64,000 bases of DNA from an uncultured Thermoprotei archaeon (GCA_965367815.1 CBDUKN010000001.1:96001-160000), one strand, 5' to 3'; positions 9,750 through 19,920 are shown, counted from the first letter of the stretch. Translations and numbers: made by a program. The notes: generated by a model from the letters alone, not told the origin.

Positions 9750-11039
9750 TTAAATCTCTAAGTATGTTCTTGTAAGCGACTTAAGTACTTCAATGTTCTT
9801 TTCTTCATGGGCTTTTACATAGACTATGAAGTATACAATATCTCCAGGTGAGAGAATACTGCTTATTTCTTTCACTATTTCATAGGACTTTTTATCTCCT
9901 CTCATTATATAAATATCTGTTAAGTTATCAAAAATTATTAGAACATTTGTTTTACTCGAAGACTTTACGGTTTTAACAAGCTTTACAATATGTGCAGTTT
10001 CTGGAGGTAAAGTGAACTCTGTAGGAGATATGCTCCGCGGATAAGAGGTTTCTGGGTCTAAATATGCTATAAATGATTTTTCTCGGAATTCGTAAAATAT
10101 CGATAAAAGAGGGCTTCCCCTCCTTGTTATAACTAGTATTGAGTAGCCTTGACGAGCATACGATGCTAGAATATCCCTGATATACTCAGAGTAGCCTACA
10201 ATAGATGTTATTCCTAAGAGAACTGATTCGCTGTATCTTCTTGTAATGGGCATTGAGGCCCCTATAAGTAGCATAGAGCCTCCGATGAAAATAAGTAAAG
10301 CTATGTTTACTGCTGTAAAACTTACTACTGCATCTATTATGCTGAAGTACCCTTTTGCAAATGCCAGTATTTTAATTAAAGTATAGGATGCTTCAAAAAC
10401 AAAGCCCAGCGCGATTAGCAGTTTAAAGGCCTCAATAGGATATGAATAGCTTTTGTAGTTATATGTTAAATAAAAACTGTATAATAAAGTAGCCTTAAAA
10501 ATAATTATATTTAATATTACTTCAACATAATCGTTCTCTATGCAATATGGAATATTTTCCTTAAATGTAATACTTATTATTGATGAAGAAATAGATAATA
10601 TGACGATTATTGCTAGTGAAAATACTATAAATGGCTTGAAAGTACGCGAAGTACTTTTTATAACACCTACTTTAATAAAATAGTTTTTCGTAGAGAGAAA
10701 TAGTATAGTAATTCCTATTGCGAAGCCGACGTTGCTAAGCAAGTACTTTAAGAATATTATGTCAGGTGAATAATACAGTGTTTCAGCTATAAGAGATAGC
10801 GCCACTACCATTAGTCCAGAAAAAATTTCTACTTGTTCTTTTTCGAAAGAATGTCCTGAAAGTATTAGTCCTATTAAACTTGACGCTACAAAGAATATGC
10901 AGATGTAAAAGGATAAGAGACTTAGTGAGAAGATTTCAAGAGAAAGGTAAGCTTTTCTTCCTCTGAAGAAAAGATATATTAAAAGGAGAATTGATAAAGA
11001 GAGCCAGCCTAAAACTATTTTATCGCGGTCTATTCTCAT
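9750..11039 (-). CDS. polytopic membrane protein with C-terminal DUF835-like domain (paralogue)
   Basis: About 8 TM segments; IIFDNLTDI, SYPRSIS and KAHEEKN match the neighbouring paralogue. Confidence 0.7.
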   Translation of the reverse strand: MRIDRDKIVLGWLSLSILLLIYLFFRGRKAYLSLEIFSLSLLSFYICIFFVASSLIGLILSGHSFEKEQVEIFSGLMVVALSLIAETLYYSPDIIFLKYLLSNVGFAIGITILFLSTKNYFIKVGVIKSTSRTFKPFIVFSLAIIVILSISSSIISITFKENIPYCIENDYVEVILNIIIFKATLLYSFYLTYNYKSYSYPIEAFKLLIALGFVFEASYTLIKILAFAKGYFSIIDAVVSFTAVNIALLIFIGGSMLLIGASMPITRRYSESVLLGITSIVGYSEYIRDILASYARQGYSILVITRRGSPLLSIFYEFREKSFIAYLDPETSYPRSISPTEFTLPPETAHIVKLVKTVKSSSKTNVLIIFDNLTDIYIMRGDKKSYEIVKEISSILSPGDIVYFIVYVKAHEEKNIEVLKSLTRTYLEI

Positions 11040-11725
11040 GGCTTAAATGGCGCTAACACTTCGAAGCCTTTATCAGTAATCGATATCTCATAGTATGCTC
11101 TACTGTGTCCAGCAACTCTGTTCTTAAGAACTGTCAGTCTTAAAGTATATCCTTCTGCTCGCTCGTATTGCTCTAGCTTAATAATAGTATCACACATGAA
11201 TTCTTCTACGCCAACTGTAGGCGACTTACCTGTAAGTGAGATTTCTCCTACAAGAATTCCAAGAAGCTTTTTGTCTATAATATGTTTATAAAGTGACCCC
11301 AGAATACCTCTTACTTTGACTACCGGTATAAAATTAACTAGAGAAGTTATACTGTCTAAAGCTATGTTAGAGAATTCTCCTGTCTCTACTTTGGCTAAGA
11401 CTTCTTCCAGCAAAGTAGCAACTATATTTTCCTCTGAAATCGGTGTACCATAAGCTACTTCAATTAAGTTATTTTCTACTAGTTTTTCGAAGTCTATACC
11501 CATTGACTTCAATCTGGAGATAAGGAGAGAGGGGTGTTCTGAGGTGCATATATAGAGTCCTTTTTCACTATGTTTCTTAGCTCTCTCGTAGAGAATCTGG
11601 GCACAAAGTGTTGTTTTTCCTGTACCAGTATGTCCCACTAGGTACACGACTCCAGGTCTAGGTAATCCCCCTCCTAGCACTTCATCGAGTCCAGGAATAT
11701 AGGTTTTGATCAGCTCGACGTGCAT
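11036..11725 (-). CDS. single-domain KaiC/RAD55-like RecA-superfamily ATPase
   Basis: IPGLDEVLGGGL, Walker A GHTGTGKT, Walker B IALDS, LKNR finger. Confidence 0.9.
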   Translation of the reverse strand: MHVELIKTYIPGLDEVLGGGLPRPGVVYLVGHTGTGKTTLCAQILYERAKKHSEKGLYICTSEHPSLLISRLKSMGIDFEKLVENNLIEVAYGTPISEENIVATLLEEVLAKVETGEFSNIALDSITSLVNFIPVVKVRGILGSLYKHIIDKKLLGILVGEISLTGKSPTVGVEEFMCDTIIKLEQYERAEGYTLRLTVLKNRVAGHSRAYYEISITDKGFEVLAPFKP

Positions 11726-11802
11726 ACTAGACCACTACATATTAAATCCGCTAGGCTATTAAAATATAGTTTAGAGAATCAGTTAAAGTATTGTTTGGTG
11801 AA

Positions 11803-12432
11803 TTATATGCCTATGGAAATTATTCTGCGGTAAAGGCTTAAATGATTTAATGTCTCAGGATTTTTAACTAATATAGCTTTTATTCTAAGAGATACTGGTA
11901 TTTTATAGTCGTAAGTAAAGTTGTCTCCTATGTGCACTATCGAGCTTGCAGGTACTTTAAGATCTTTAACAACTCTTGCGTAAAAACTTCTAGTTTTTCT
12001 TACTAAGGAGTAGTCACTTACACACGAATATATTTCCCTAAAGTAGCTTCTAATAGAGAGGTAGTCTAGGATACTAGTGGCTAGTTCTCTAGGAGCATTA
12101 GTGCAGAGAATTATCTTAATTTTCATTTTAGATAGAGTGTGTAAAAGGGGTTTCACATAAGGATATGGTTTACTTTCTCCAAAAGCTTCGTGTATTAGCT
12201 CGTTTAAGCTCTTTTTAATACCTAGGCACTTCAGCCAAAAATCGGGTAAGTACCATCTTATGTCGCTATCGCCTATTTCATCGTACTTTGAGTAGACGAT
12301 TCTCTTAGCTTCATTTAACTTTAAGCCCTTTTCTTCAGCATATGTTCTCGGTATTACTTCAAGCCAGAAATAGTCATTGTACTTTCTATCGATAATAGTT
12401 CCATCAAGATCAAAGGATACTACTCTTAGCAT
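11803..12432 (-). CDS. HAD-IA family hydrolase
   Basis: FDLDGT, CTNA, HIGDNFTYD. Confidence 0.88.
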   Translation of the reverse strand: MLRVVSFDLDGTIIDRKYNDYFWLEVIPRTYAEEKGLKLNEAKRIVYSKYDEIGDSDIRWYLPDFWLKCLGIKKSLNELIHEAFGESKPYPYVKPLLHTLSKMKIKIILCTNAPRELATSILDYLSIRSYFREIYSCVSDYSLVRKTRSFYARVVKDLKVPASSIVHIGDNFTYDYKIPVSLRIKAILVKNPETLNHLSLYRRIISIGI

Positions 12433-12437
12433 AACTA

Positions 12438-13550
12438 CTACACTTTCCAGTCTTTAGGAGGCTCTCTTTTTGTAGATACTCGAATGAAGCTGAGTATTAG
12501 TATTAAAAGCCATATTGGCGAGTAAATGAAGTAATACAGAAGGAACTCATACATCTTGAACTCATATTCGAGTTTTCTAGCAAAATAGTAGAAAACAGCA
12601 GTTATCGCAGCAGTAGCTATAATTAGCGGTATTAGGTTTCTGTGAAGAGAGTATCCTAGAGAAATTAGAACTAGGATAATTAAAAGAGGATCATATTTCA
12701 GCGCAGTAAGCAGAATAAAGGTTACTACAAGATATTCTCCCAGAGTTAGGCTCAATGAAATAAATGTGAAGAAGATCACTAGCGAGGGAATTAGCATCAG
12801 TAGTCCGAGTATTGTTAGTAGAGGGTTCTCTTTAACGAATTTTGCTAGTTCTTTCCAGTACTTAAAAATCCACTGAGCTACACCATATCCCCATCTCCTT
12901 CTCTGCTTAAACCACGTTTTCCAAGAAGGAGGGGCAGGCATATACACAGAGAGATTATTGAGAAACATGTACTTCATTCCATGTAGATACGACTTTGTGC
13001 CTATATCTAAGTCTTCGCAAACTACTCTAGAAAATCCCCCTATTTTTTCGAATGCGCTTTTCTTAATGGCAAATGCTGCGCCATTGACTGCCAAACATTT
13101 ACTTAATTTACGTGAAAAAACCCAGTTAATAGCGCTATAGCTTAGGTAGTCGTAGTGAACAAGTCTCGAGAGTACTCCTTTTCTAAAAACTCTTTTGCTC
13201 ATTTCAACTACTTCATAGTGGTTTGTAGCGTGGGCTATTTCCGCCAAGAAACTGTTCTTGGGTTTTATTTGGGCAATGTCGCTGTCTATAAAAACAAGTA
13301 TGTCTCCCGAGGCTTGCTTAACTGCGTTATTGAGCGCCGTAACTTTCCCTAAACGCGTTTTATTGAAGATAAATTTTACTTTATCTTTGTACTTGTCTGC
13401 CAGCTTTAGGCTTTTTACTGTAGGCTCGTCTACGATAACAATTACTTCCTTTTTCTCATAGGGGTCTTTGAGAAGCTGGTCAAGTAGACTTTGAAGCTGG
13501 TCTGATTCTCTGTAGACGGGTATTAGTACGCTGATCAGCGGAGTGTCCAT
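12438..13550 (-). CDS. membrane-bound GT2 glycosyltransferase (processive-type motifs)
   Basis: DSD (DxD), EDLD, QRRRW, C-terminal TM helices. Confidence 0.88.
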   Translation of the reverse strand: MDTPLISVLIPVYRESDQLQSLLDQLLKDPYEKKEVIVIVDEPTVKSLKLADKYKDKVKFIFNKTRLGKVTALNNAVKQASGDILVFIDSDIAQIKPKNSFLAEIAHATNHYEVVEMSKRVFRKGVLSRLVHYDYLSYSAINWVFSRKLSKCLAVNGAAFAIKKSAFEKIGGFSRVVCEDLDIGTKSYLHGMKYMFLNNLSVYMPAPPSWKTWFKQRRRWGYGVAQWIFKYWKELAKFVKENPLLTILGLLMLIPSLVIFFTFISLSLTLGEYLVVTFILLTALKYDPLLIILVLISLGYSLHRNLIPLIIATAAITAVFYYFARKLEYEFKMYEFLLYYFIYSPIWLLILILSFIRVSTKREPPKDWKV

Positions 13551-13630
13551 AGCGTAGTATTAAAGACAGTAGATAATATATTCTCTTGCTCTTCGGGTAA
13601 TTTATTAAACTTAATGCATGCAGATAGTAC

Positions 13631-14464
13631 GTGTTAGTTAGAGAGTTCACGCTATCCGACTTCAAGCAAGTAGACGACTTGCTATCTTCAACTTACGCAG
13701 GCTTTACGACACTTAAAAACGTGTCCGATATACTATACTTTCAGGGAAAATATCCTCACTTGTCGCTTGTCGCAGAAGATGAAGAGTTCATAGGACATAT
13801 TTTTGCAATAGAGTTCACGAGAAGAAAACCTTTGCTCTTCAGAAAAGTTAAAGGAAAATGTTATGAGCTGAAATGCTTTTTAATGCGTCCTAAGTACTGG
13901 AGAGACCAGTACTTGAGCGAAATTATGGACTGGTTTCTTAAAAAACTTGAAAAATACTTTGTTAAAGGAATAGTTGCTGAAGTAGAGCTTCACCAGATTG
14001 AAGCAGTAGAGTTTCTTTTCAGAAGTGGGATGAGAATTCACGAAGTAAGCTATTTTAAGCCCGTAGAGAAGAAAGAACAGTATTTTAAGCCTACTGAAAT
14101 AGAGGACATAGGTTATTTGAAGGACTTCGAGCTACATAGTGTTTCGGACTATAAGTTATCTGAAGAGGATTTAGAGAAGCATACAACTTTTTACGTGAAT
14201 CGAGAAAATGAGGGCAAGTGTCTAGTAGTTGTTAGAAAAGAAAACGATATCGGTAGAATTACGTATTTAGCGGTATCTAGAAATGCTCTTTCTTCTGGAC
14301 TTTTCTCTAAAGTTCTCGACTCTATAGTTAGCGAGCTGTACTACCTTGGGGCAGAAATTCTTGTCTTGGACTGCTTAGTTGAGAAAAGAGAATTCAGGAG
14401 GTATTTAAGAGAACTAGGCTTTTATCCCTTCTCGTGCTTCCTTTACATGGTGTTAAGAGACTAA
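13631..14464 (+). CDS. tandem GNAT-fold acetyltransferase-like protein
   Basis: Two GNAT-like halves (MLVREFTLSD...FIGHI; GRITYLAVS...LRELGF). Confidence 0.6.
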   Translation: MLVREFTLSDFKQVDDLLSSTYAGFTTLKNVSDILYFQGKYPHLSLVAEDEEFIGHIFAIEFTRRKPLLFRKVKGKCYELKCFLMRPKYWRDQYLSEIMDWFLKKLEKYFVKGIVAEVELHQIEAVEFLFRSGMRIHEVSYFKPVEKKEQYFKPTEIEDIGYLKDFELHSVSDYKLSEEDLEKHTTFYVNRENEGKCLVVVRKENDIGRITYLAVSRNALSSGLFSKVLDSIVSELYYLGAEILVLDCLVEKREFRRYLRELGFYPFSCFLYMVLRD

Positions 14465-16576
14465 AGTCTGTAATAAAAGTCCTGTATAGTAAACTGTGAG
14501 TGAGACGACTGTAGCTAAAGCTACCATATATATTGTTGCGAAAATAGTGGTTCTTAAGCTTCTGCTTTCGAAAAATATTGCAGCTAAAGTAGCTAAGCAG
14601 GGAACATAGAGTGTCATGAAAACTAAGAGAGAGTATGCCTGTAGTGGAGTTAAGCCTAGTGCTAATAGTGCTTCACGAGTAGAGAGAGTACCACCGTACA
14701 TTACGGCTATTGTTTCCACCAGAGCTTCTTTAGCAACAAATCCCTGTAGAAGTGCAAAAGCTGTTTTCCAGGCGTTTTCTCCGTAAATGCCATAGAGCGC
14801 TAGCAGTGGAGCCAGAGTCTTACCAATTATTGCTCCAAAGCTTTCTTCTACACTGCTTGCTAGCCCTGAGGGACTGTAGCTTAGTAGCCACCACGTAGCT
14901 ACGCTTAAAGCCACTATTATTGTACCTGCTTTTCTCAGGAAGTGCTTGCTGTAATCCCATGTGAGCCACCAAACTACTTTGAGTGAAGGCTTGTGTATTG
15001 GAGGTATTTCGAGAATTAGTTCGGGAGGCTCTTTCTTTTTAAACCGAAGTGCTCGCATTAAAAGTGACGTAAGTAGTGTGAGAAAAATGGCTATGATGTA
15101 TATGCTGACTATAGCGAAAGCTTGGTGAAGAGGGGAAGTAAAGTAAGCTGTAGTAAAAGCTAAGATAACTAATAGTCTTGCTTGACAAGGTATAATAGGT
15201 GCTGAAAATATGATCTGTCTTCTTTCCTCTTCTTCTATCGATGCTCTAGAAGCCATTACTGCGGGAACATTACATCCTAAGCCTATTATCAGGGGATATA
15301 TTGCTTTGCCTGAAAGCCCGAAGTAGTTGAAGAATCTATTTACCGATACAGCTATACGGGGACCTATACCGCTATCTTCTATTATCGAGAGAGCGATGTA
15401 TATTACTACGATAAGAGGGAAGAATGAAAGTACGCTGCCTACACCTGGTACTATTCCGTCTACTACAAGCGATACTAGCCAGTCAGGTAGCTTAGCCCGC
15501 ACCATTATTTGCCTTAAAATGTCGCTCAAGTAGTTGAAGACAGTGTCTATTAGCCCGCTTAAGCTGTATTCTTCTACTACTTCGGCGGCTTCAGAAAATC
15601 CCATGAAGTCGAGTAATATATTCAGCGGAAAGCCCGTATTCAGCGCAAAGGCTGCTGTAAAAGCTAGAAGAAGAACTAAAAGCCCTAGTGGGGGGCCGTA
15701 AACAGGGTGTATTAAAAGCTTTTCGAGTAGAGATTCCTCGGATACTGCAGAAGTCTTGACTCTCACAACAACTTCTCTAGCAATAGAGTCTACGAGATTA
15801 AATCTAGACGTAATAACATGTTCGCCTATGTCTTTTCCAGTGCTTCTAGTAATAGCGGTTCTCAAACGCCTTATTTCTTCTATTAGCTTTTCAAAGCCTC
15901 TTTGTTCAAGTATTTCTTCTAGCCTCAAGTCTCCTTCAAGAAGCTTTACAGCAGCCCATCGTCGATCGTACTCAGGTAAAGCATTATACTTGCTCAGCAG
16001 AGACTCTACTTCAGCTATATGGGGCTCTAGCCACGAATAGTTTACTTTTAAGGGCTTTTTCCTGCCTTTTTTCCCTTCAGCTACATCGACTACTGCATCG
16101 AGAAGTTCTCTCAGTCCTGTACCTTCTAGAGCCGAAACTAAGACTACAGGGACACCAAGCTTTTCTTCAAGTTTATTGACGTGTATGTGTATTCCTAAAC
16201 TGTGAGCAGAGTCAGCTTTAGTCAGCGCTACGACAACTCTAGGTGTTAACTCAAGAACCTGTATAGCTAAATTTAGTGTTCTTTCAGGAGCTGTAGAGTC
16301 TACTAAAACTAAAACTACATCGGGTTCTCCGCTGACAATATATTCTCTGGCAACGATTTCTTCAGGTGAAGTAGCCGAAATAGAGTATGTTCCAGGTAAA
16401 TCAACAAATCTTATTTTTTTTCCTCGGTATTCTCTAAAGCCTTCTTTCCGTTCAACAGTTGTTCCAGGCCAGTTAGCTACATGTGCTATTTCTCCAGTTA
16501 AAATAGTGAATAGCGTGGACTTGCCTACATTAGGATTTCCTGCTACTGCTACAACTATTACCTTCTTCTCCGACAT
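14453..16576 (-). CDS. feoB: ferrous iron transporter B
   Basis: GNPNVGKS, NWPGTTVE, DLPG GTPase motifs; GLGCNVPA, LYVPC; multiple TM segments. Confidence 0.95.
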   Translation of the reverse strand: MSEKKVIVVAVAGNPNVGKSTLFTILTGEIAHVANWPGTTVERKEGFREYRGKKIRFVDLPGTYSISATSPEEIVAREYIVSGEPDVVLVLVDSTAPERTLNLAIQVLELTPRVVVALTKADSAHSLGIHIHVNKLEEKLGVPVVLVSALEGTGLRELLDAVVDVAEGKKGRKKPLKVNYSWLEPHIAEVESLLSKYNALPEYDRRWAAVKLLEGDLRLEEILEQRGFEKLIEEIRRLRTAITRSTGKDIGEHVITSRFNLVDSIAREVVVRVKTSAVSEESLLEKLLIHPVYGPPLGLLVLLLAFTAAFALNTGFPLNILLDFMGFSEAAEVVEEYSLSGLIDTVFNYLSDILRQIMVRAKLPDWLVSLVVDGIVPGVGSVLSFFPLIVVIYIALSIIEDSGIGPRIAVSVNRFFNYFGLSGKAIYPLIIGLGCNVPAVMASRASIEEEERRQIIFSAPIIPCQARLLVILAFTTAYFTSPLHQAFAIVSIYIIAIFLTLLTSLLMRALRFKKKEPPELILEIPPIHKPSLKVVWWLTWDYSKHFLRKAGTIIVALSVATWWLLSYSPSGLASSVEESFGAIIGKTLAPLLALYGIYGENAWKTAFALLQGFVAKEALVETIAVMYGGTLSTREALLALGLTPLQAYSLLVFMTLYVPCLATLAAIFFESRSLRTTIFATIYMVALATVVSLTVYYTGLLLQTLVS

Positions 16577-16581
16577 TTAGC

Positions 16582-16806
16582 TCAACCTATAGGCTGAACT
16601 ATAATCTTTCTCGCAACTCCTCTCCCGAGAGCAATAACTACTCCTCTTACTCTAACTAAAAGAGGTCCAGGTCCGCTGTTAACTACCTCTACTATAGTTC
16701 CTGGAGTAAATCCCATTTCCATAAGTCTTCTACTTAAACCGTAGCCTCCCGCTACTCCCAAAATACGTGCTCTTGTGCCTGGAGGCAAGCTCTCTAAAGA
16801 AATCAT
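16582..16806 (-). CDS. feoA: ferrous iron transport protein A
   Basis: RRLMEMGFTPG, GPLLVRV, ALGRG. Confidence 0.93.
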   Translation of the reverse strand: MISLESLPPGTRARILGVAGGYGLSRRLMEMGFTPGTIVEVVNSGPGPLLVRVRGVVIALGRGVARKIIVQPIG

Positions 16807-17414
16807 TACCTAATCACCTCTACGCGAATAAGCCTAGCTATATCCAAAGGAATTCTAAGACTCTTATTTTCGTGAAAAACTTCAAGATAGTAAGCAGTCT
16901 TGCTTTTAACGAAGAGCCTAGAGCCTTTTGAAATACCGTGCTTAGAGAGGAACCTGAATAAAGACTTTAAGTCATTAAAAGCTACTACTCTACATGCGCT
17001 GTTTTCGCCAACGTCACTTAACTTTGTTCCCTCGATAGCGCTTCTGTGGGAAGCTTCAGGTACTTTAGCCTTAATTTTTTCTAAAAGGGAGTCAGGTATA
17101 TGCTCCAAGTAGTGTGCTATTGCATGAGCATCAGCATAATCTATTCCCAAAACCTCCATTAAGACTTCTTCGACAACCAGGTGTTTATCTATTAGCTTTC
17201 TGGCGGCTTCTTTACCTTTCTCAGTAAGCTTAATTTTCTTTTCTACAGTTTTCTTAACTAAACCCATTTTTTCAAGTTTTCTAATCATTTTAGATACAGT
17301 AGCTGGAGATACGCCTAGCTCTTTTGCCAGTCTACCTACTCTAGCGTATCCGTAAGCTTCTTCTAGTCTATATATTTCAGCTAAATAATCTTCAAGAGAG
17401 TTTTCTAAGTACAT
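16806..17414 (-). CDS. DtxR/IdeR-family metal-dependent repressor with C-terminal FeoA-like domain
   Basis: EDYL..IY, HTH VSPATVS, KHLVVE, AHYLEH. Confidence 0.9.
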   Translation of the reverse strand: MYLENSLEDYLAEIYRLEEAYGYARVGRLAKELGVSPATVSKMIRKLEKMGLVKKTVEKKIKLTEKGKEAARKLIDKHLVVEEVLMEVLGIDYADAHAIAHYLEHIPDSLLEKIKAKVPEASHRSAIEGTKLSDVGENSACRVVAFNDLKSLFRFLSKHGISKGSRLFVKSKTAYYLEVFHENKSLRIPLDIARLIRVEVIR

Positions 17415-17420
17415 TTCTAC

Positions 17421-17448
17421 TGTTAGACGTATCTAACACTTTATAAAA
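17421..17448 (-). promoter_or_regulatory. probable DtxR operator TGTTAGA-CGTA-TCTAACA (17421-17438) and TATA box TTTTATAAA (17440-17448)
   Basis: 7-bp inverted repeat with TTAG...CTAA core lying between the TATA box and the start codon of the repressor-feoA-feoB operon. Confidence 0.7.
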
Positions 17449-17521
17449 TTAGCGTCGCTTATTTTTACATGCCAGCGGAGATAACAAAATAGTTGAGACA
17501 GTATAGATATCTGTTGTCGGA

Positions 17522-18802
17522 CTAGACGGCAATGTATTTAAAGTATTTAAAGAGAAATTCCTTTGATTCTCTATAAGCATTGAATATTATTAAGTCGGGA
17601 CTAAGTACTGATATTTTCTCTACAGTCTCTACTACAAGGTCCTCTGATAAAACTTTGATGTTAGAAAATATTTCTTTAGAATATTTGTTTTCGAAGCACT
17701 TTTTACTACACGAGATAGCTGCGTAAAGTGGCTTATTTTCTACGTTTAGTTCAATGCAAGCTTCAGCTATTTCGCTTAAAGCTTCAATATCGAGTCCTTC
17801 TTCCTTAAGAACATTATATGGTTTGGTGTATTTGCTGTCTAGTCCTAAGAGCCTAAAGTATATTTTGGTCAAGAGGTCTTTATTTATGCCGCTTTTATCG
17901 CTTATTTCCTTTACTACGGGTAAGCCTTCCCATATTATCTGGTCGAAATAGAGTAGAGGTTCTATGAAGTCGACAATTATGCTGAAGTCTCTGTAGTCTT
18001 GACCTACTAGTATGCTCCACATAGGAGCCATGAGAGTTGCGCCGACGGCTAGTGAGGGTCCGCCAAGACTCTTAGCTAGCTTAGTGAGATAATATGTGTA
18101 CTCGCTAATTATTTCTCTATGTAGAGCTAGCCAGTCTGTAAGCGAGTGATAGTCGATTGTAGTGTAGACCCACTCGAAGAGCGAAGTTAATTGAGGAAAG
18201 TTGACTAAGATATCTACGTCTACTGAGACTACTTTTTCATACAGCTCAATTAGATCTGACTTAATGAGGTATAAGTTAAAGCCTCTTTCTTTGGCGTCTC
18301 TGCAGCACTCTTCGCAGAAACAAACAAGGTAATTTTCTAGTCCATAGAAAACACCACCGTATCTCAAAAAGTCGAGCAGAATACCGTCTACATCATATGT
18401 CTCTATGAGATTACGCATGTCGGCTTCGACTCTGTGTCTGACTTCGTTATTCACGGGGCAAGCCCACTCTCTATTCCTCTTGTTAAAGACTGTTACTGAA
18501 GCTAAGTCTATATTTTCGTCGAGCTGACTGAAGTGAAAGACTTTTAGCGGAGGTACTACCTTTAAACCGATACTCTGAGCGTCTCTAACAAGCTCTCTTA
18601 GCTTAATGATAAGGCTTCTTTTAACATGATGAGGCTTAATTCTAGTGTCTGTGTAATACTCTTCTACTCTAGGTAGGGGAAGACTGACATGAAGAACTTC
18701 TAGTCCTTTATCTGTGAGTTCGGCTAGTTCATCGAAATCATTCTCGAGATCGCTGTACGTCAGATAGAAGCCGTACTTCAAAGAGTTTTCACCACTTCGC
18801 AT
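17522..18802 (-). CDS. GHL10/DUF187-like TIM-barrel putative glycoside hydrolase
   Basis: WACPVN, YDVDGILLDFLRY, CFCEEC, GQDY, IEPLLY. Confidence 0.6.
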   Translation of the reverse strand: MRSGENSLKYGFYLTYSDLENDFDELAELTDKGLEVLHVSLPLPRVEEYYTDTRIKPHHVKRSLIIKLRELVRDAQSIGLKVVPPLKVFHFSQLDENIDLASVTVFNKRNREWACPVNNEVRHRVEADMRNLIETYDVDGILLDFLRYGGVFYGLENYLVCFCEECCRDAKERGFNLYLIKSDLIELYEKVVSVDVDILVNFPQLTSLFEWVYTTIDYHSLTDWLALHREIISEYTYYLTKLAKSLGGPSLAVGATLMAPMWSILVGQDYRDFSIIVDFIEPLLYFDQIIWEGLPVVKEISDKSGINKDLLTKIYFRLLGLDSKYTKPYNVLKEEGLDIEALSEIAEACIELNVENKPLYAAISCSKKCFENKYSKEIFSNIKVLSEDLVVETVEKISVLSPDLIIFNAYRESKEFLFKYFKYIAV

Positions 18803-19920
18803 AGTTTTTCTACAGTTTCGTGAAGTTTATTGGTGTAAATGAAGAAGTTTACTCCACTACAGCCGGCCTCGATTACTTTTTGAGCCGCAAAGACTACTTG
18901 AGGATCTTTAAGTATTATAATGGGCTCTACTCTACTGCTTTCAGCAAGTCTCAGGGCTTTAGTAGACTCTACGTGAATTGCTTCAAGAGGTAAACCTTTC
19001 TCAAATAAGTCTTCCAGCTTGAGTGGAGGACTCAAAGTATCTAAGCCGCACAGCCTATAGAGAAGGAGCAGTATATCCGAGACAGCACTACCCGAGAGCT
19101 CTGAAATATCTTTAGCGCAGACAGCTAACTCGTAGTTATAGCAGGCTACTCCCTCGCCGAGCCTATATATCATCGGCTGAAAAACATCTAAGTACCATGC
19201 TAGCCTCCTGTAGTCCTGTCCCACTAGTTTCGACAAAGTCGGAGTGAAGAGATAGGCTCCTAGCTCTAGCTTGGGGTCAATAGATTTCAGAAGATTTCTA
19301 GTTTCTTTAACATACTCGGCGATACATTCTGCCCTAAAGCTCAGCCACTCTAATACTCCCTCATAGTCTAGCAGAAAGTCTATAAGCATTGAGAAATCAT
19401 TTACTGTTTTCTTCAAGTATTCTATAAAACTAGGATTCTGTAGACTCTTATGCAGTCTCTCAACGTCTTTTTTCATTCTCCAGTAATTGTAGCCTAATTC
19501 CTCTGCCTTGTATTTGCAGTTCCTGCAGAAACATGTCATGAAAGCGTTAATGCCGCTTCCAGGCGAAGCGAATCTTATACCGTCAAGCGATATTCCATGT
19601 ATGTCGTACTTAGTGGCTATTTCCTTTAGTTTTTCTAGTCTTTCTTCTCTTAAAAGAGGGTTATTTGGGCACCCTGAGCTAAACCATACGTGTTTTCTTC
19701 CATAAGGATCTTCTGCAAGTAGACTAGGTTCTCCGCGTTTGTTGCTAATATCAAATGCTTTAAAGACTATAAAGACTTTGAACCCATGGTCTAAAGCGAG
19801 TTTAATGAGGTTTTCTTTCAGAGGTAAAGTTATATGAGTAAAACCTCCTCTACTAAGTAGATCTAAAGCTTTTTCAGGATTCTCTGAAGGCAAACCAAAC
19901 ATCCACAAAATTTTCTTCAC
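18778..19920 (-). CDS. GHL10/DUF187-like TIM-barrel putative glycoside hydrolase (paralogue)
   Basis: GCPNN, YDIHGISLDGIRF, CFCRNC, GQDY, FQPMIY. Confidence 0.62.
   Translation of the reverse strand: MKKILWMFGLPSENPEKALDLLSRGGFTHITLPLKENLIKLALDHGFKVFIVFKAFDISNKRGEPSLLAEDPYGRKHVWFSSGCPNNPLLREERLEKLKEIATKYDIHGISLDGIRFASPGSGINAFMTCFCRNCKYKAEELGYNYWRMKKDVERLHKSLQNPSFIEYLKKTVNDFSMLIDFLLDYEGVLEWLSFRAECIAEYVKETRNLLKSIDPKLELGAYLFTPTLSKLVGQDYRRLAWYLDVFQPMIYRLGEGVACYNYELAVCAKDISELSGSAVSDILLLLYRLCGLDTLSPPLKLEDLFEKGLPLEAIHVESTKALRLAESSRVEPIIILKDPQVVFAAQKVIEAGCSGVNFFIYTNKLHETVEKLCEVVKTL

Noticed and set aside
11036-11725. KaiC as a circadian clock or RadA/RadB recombinase
   Set aside because: Single domain, no KaiA/KaiB neighbours and no RadA N-terminal HhH domain; the context points to membrane signalling.
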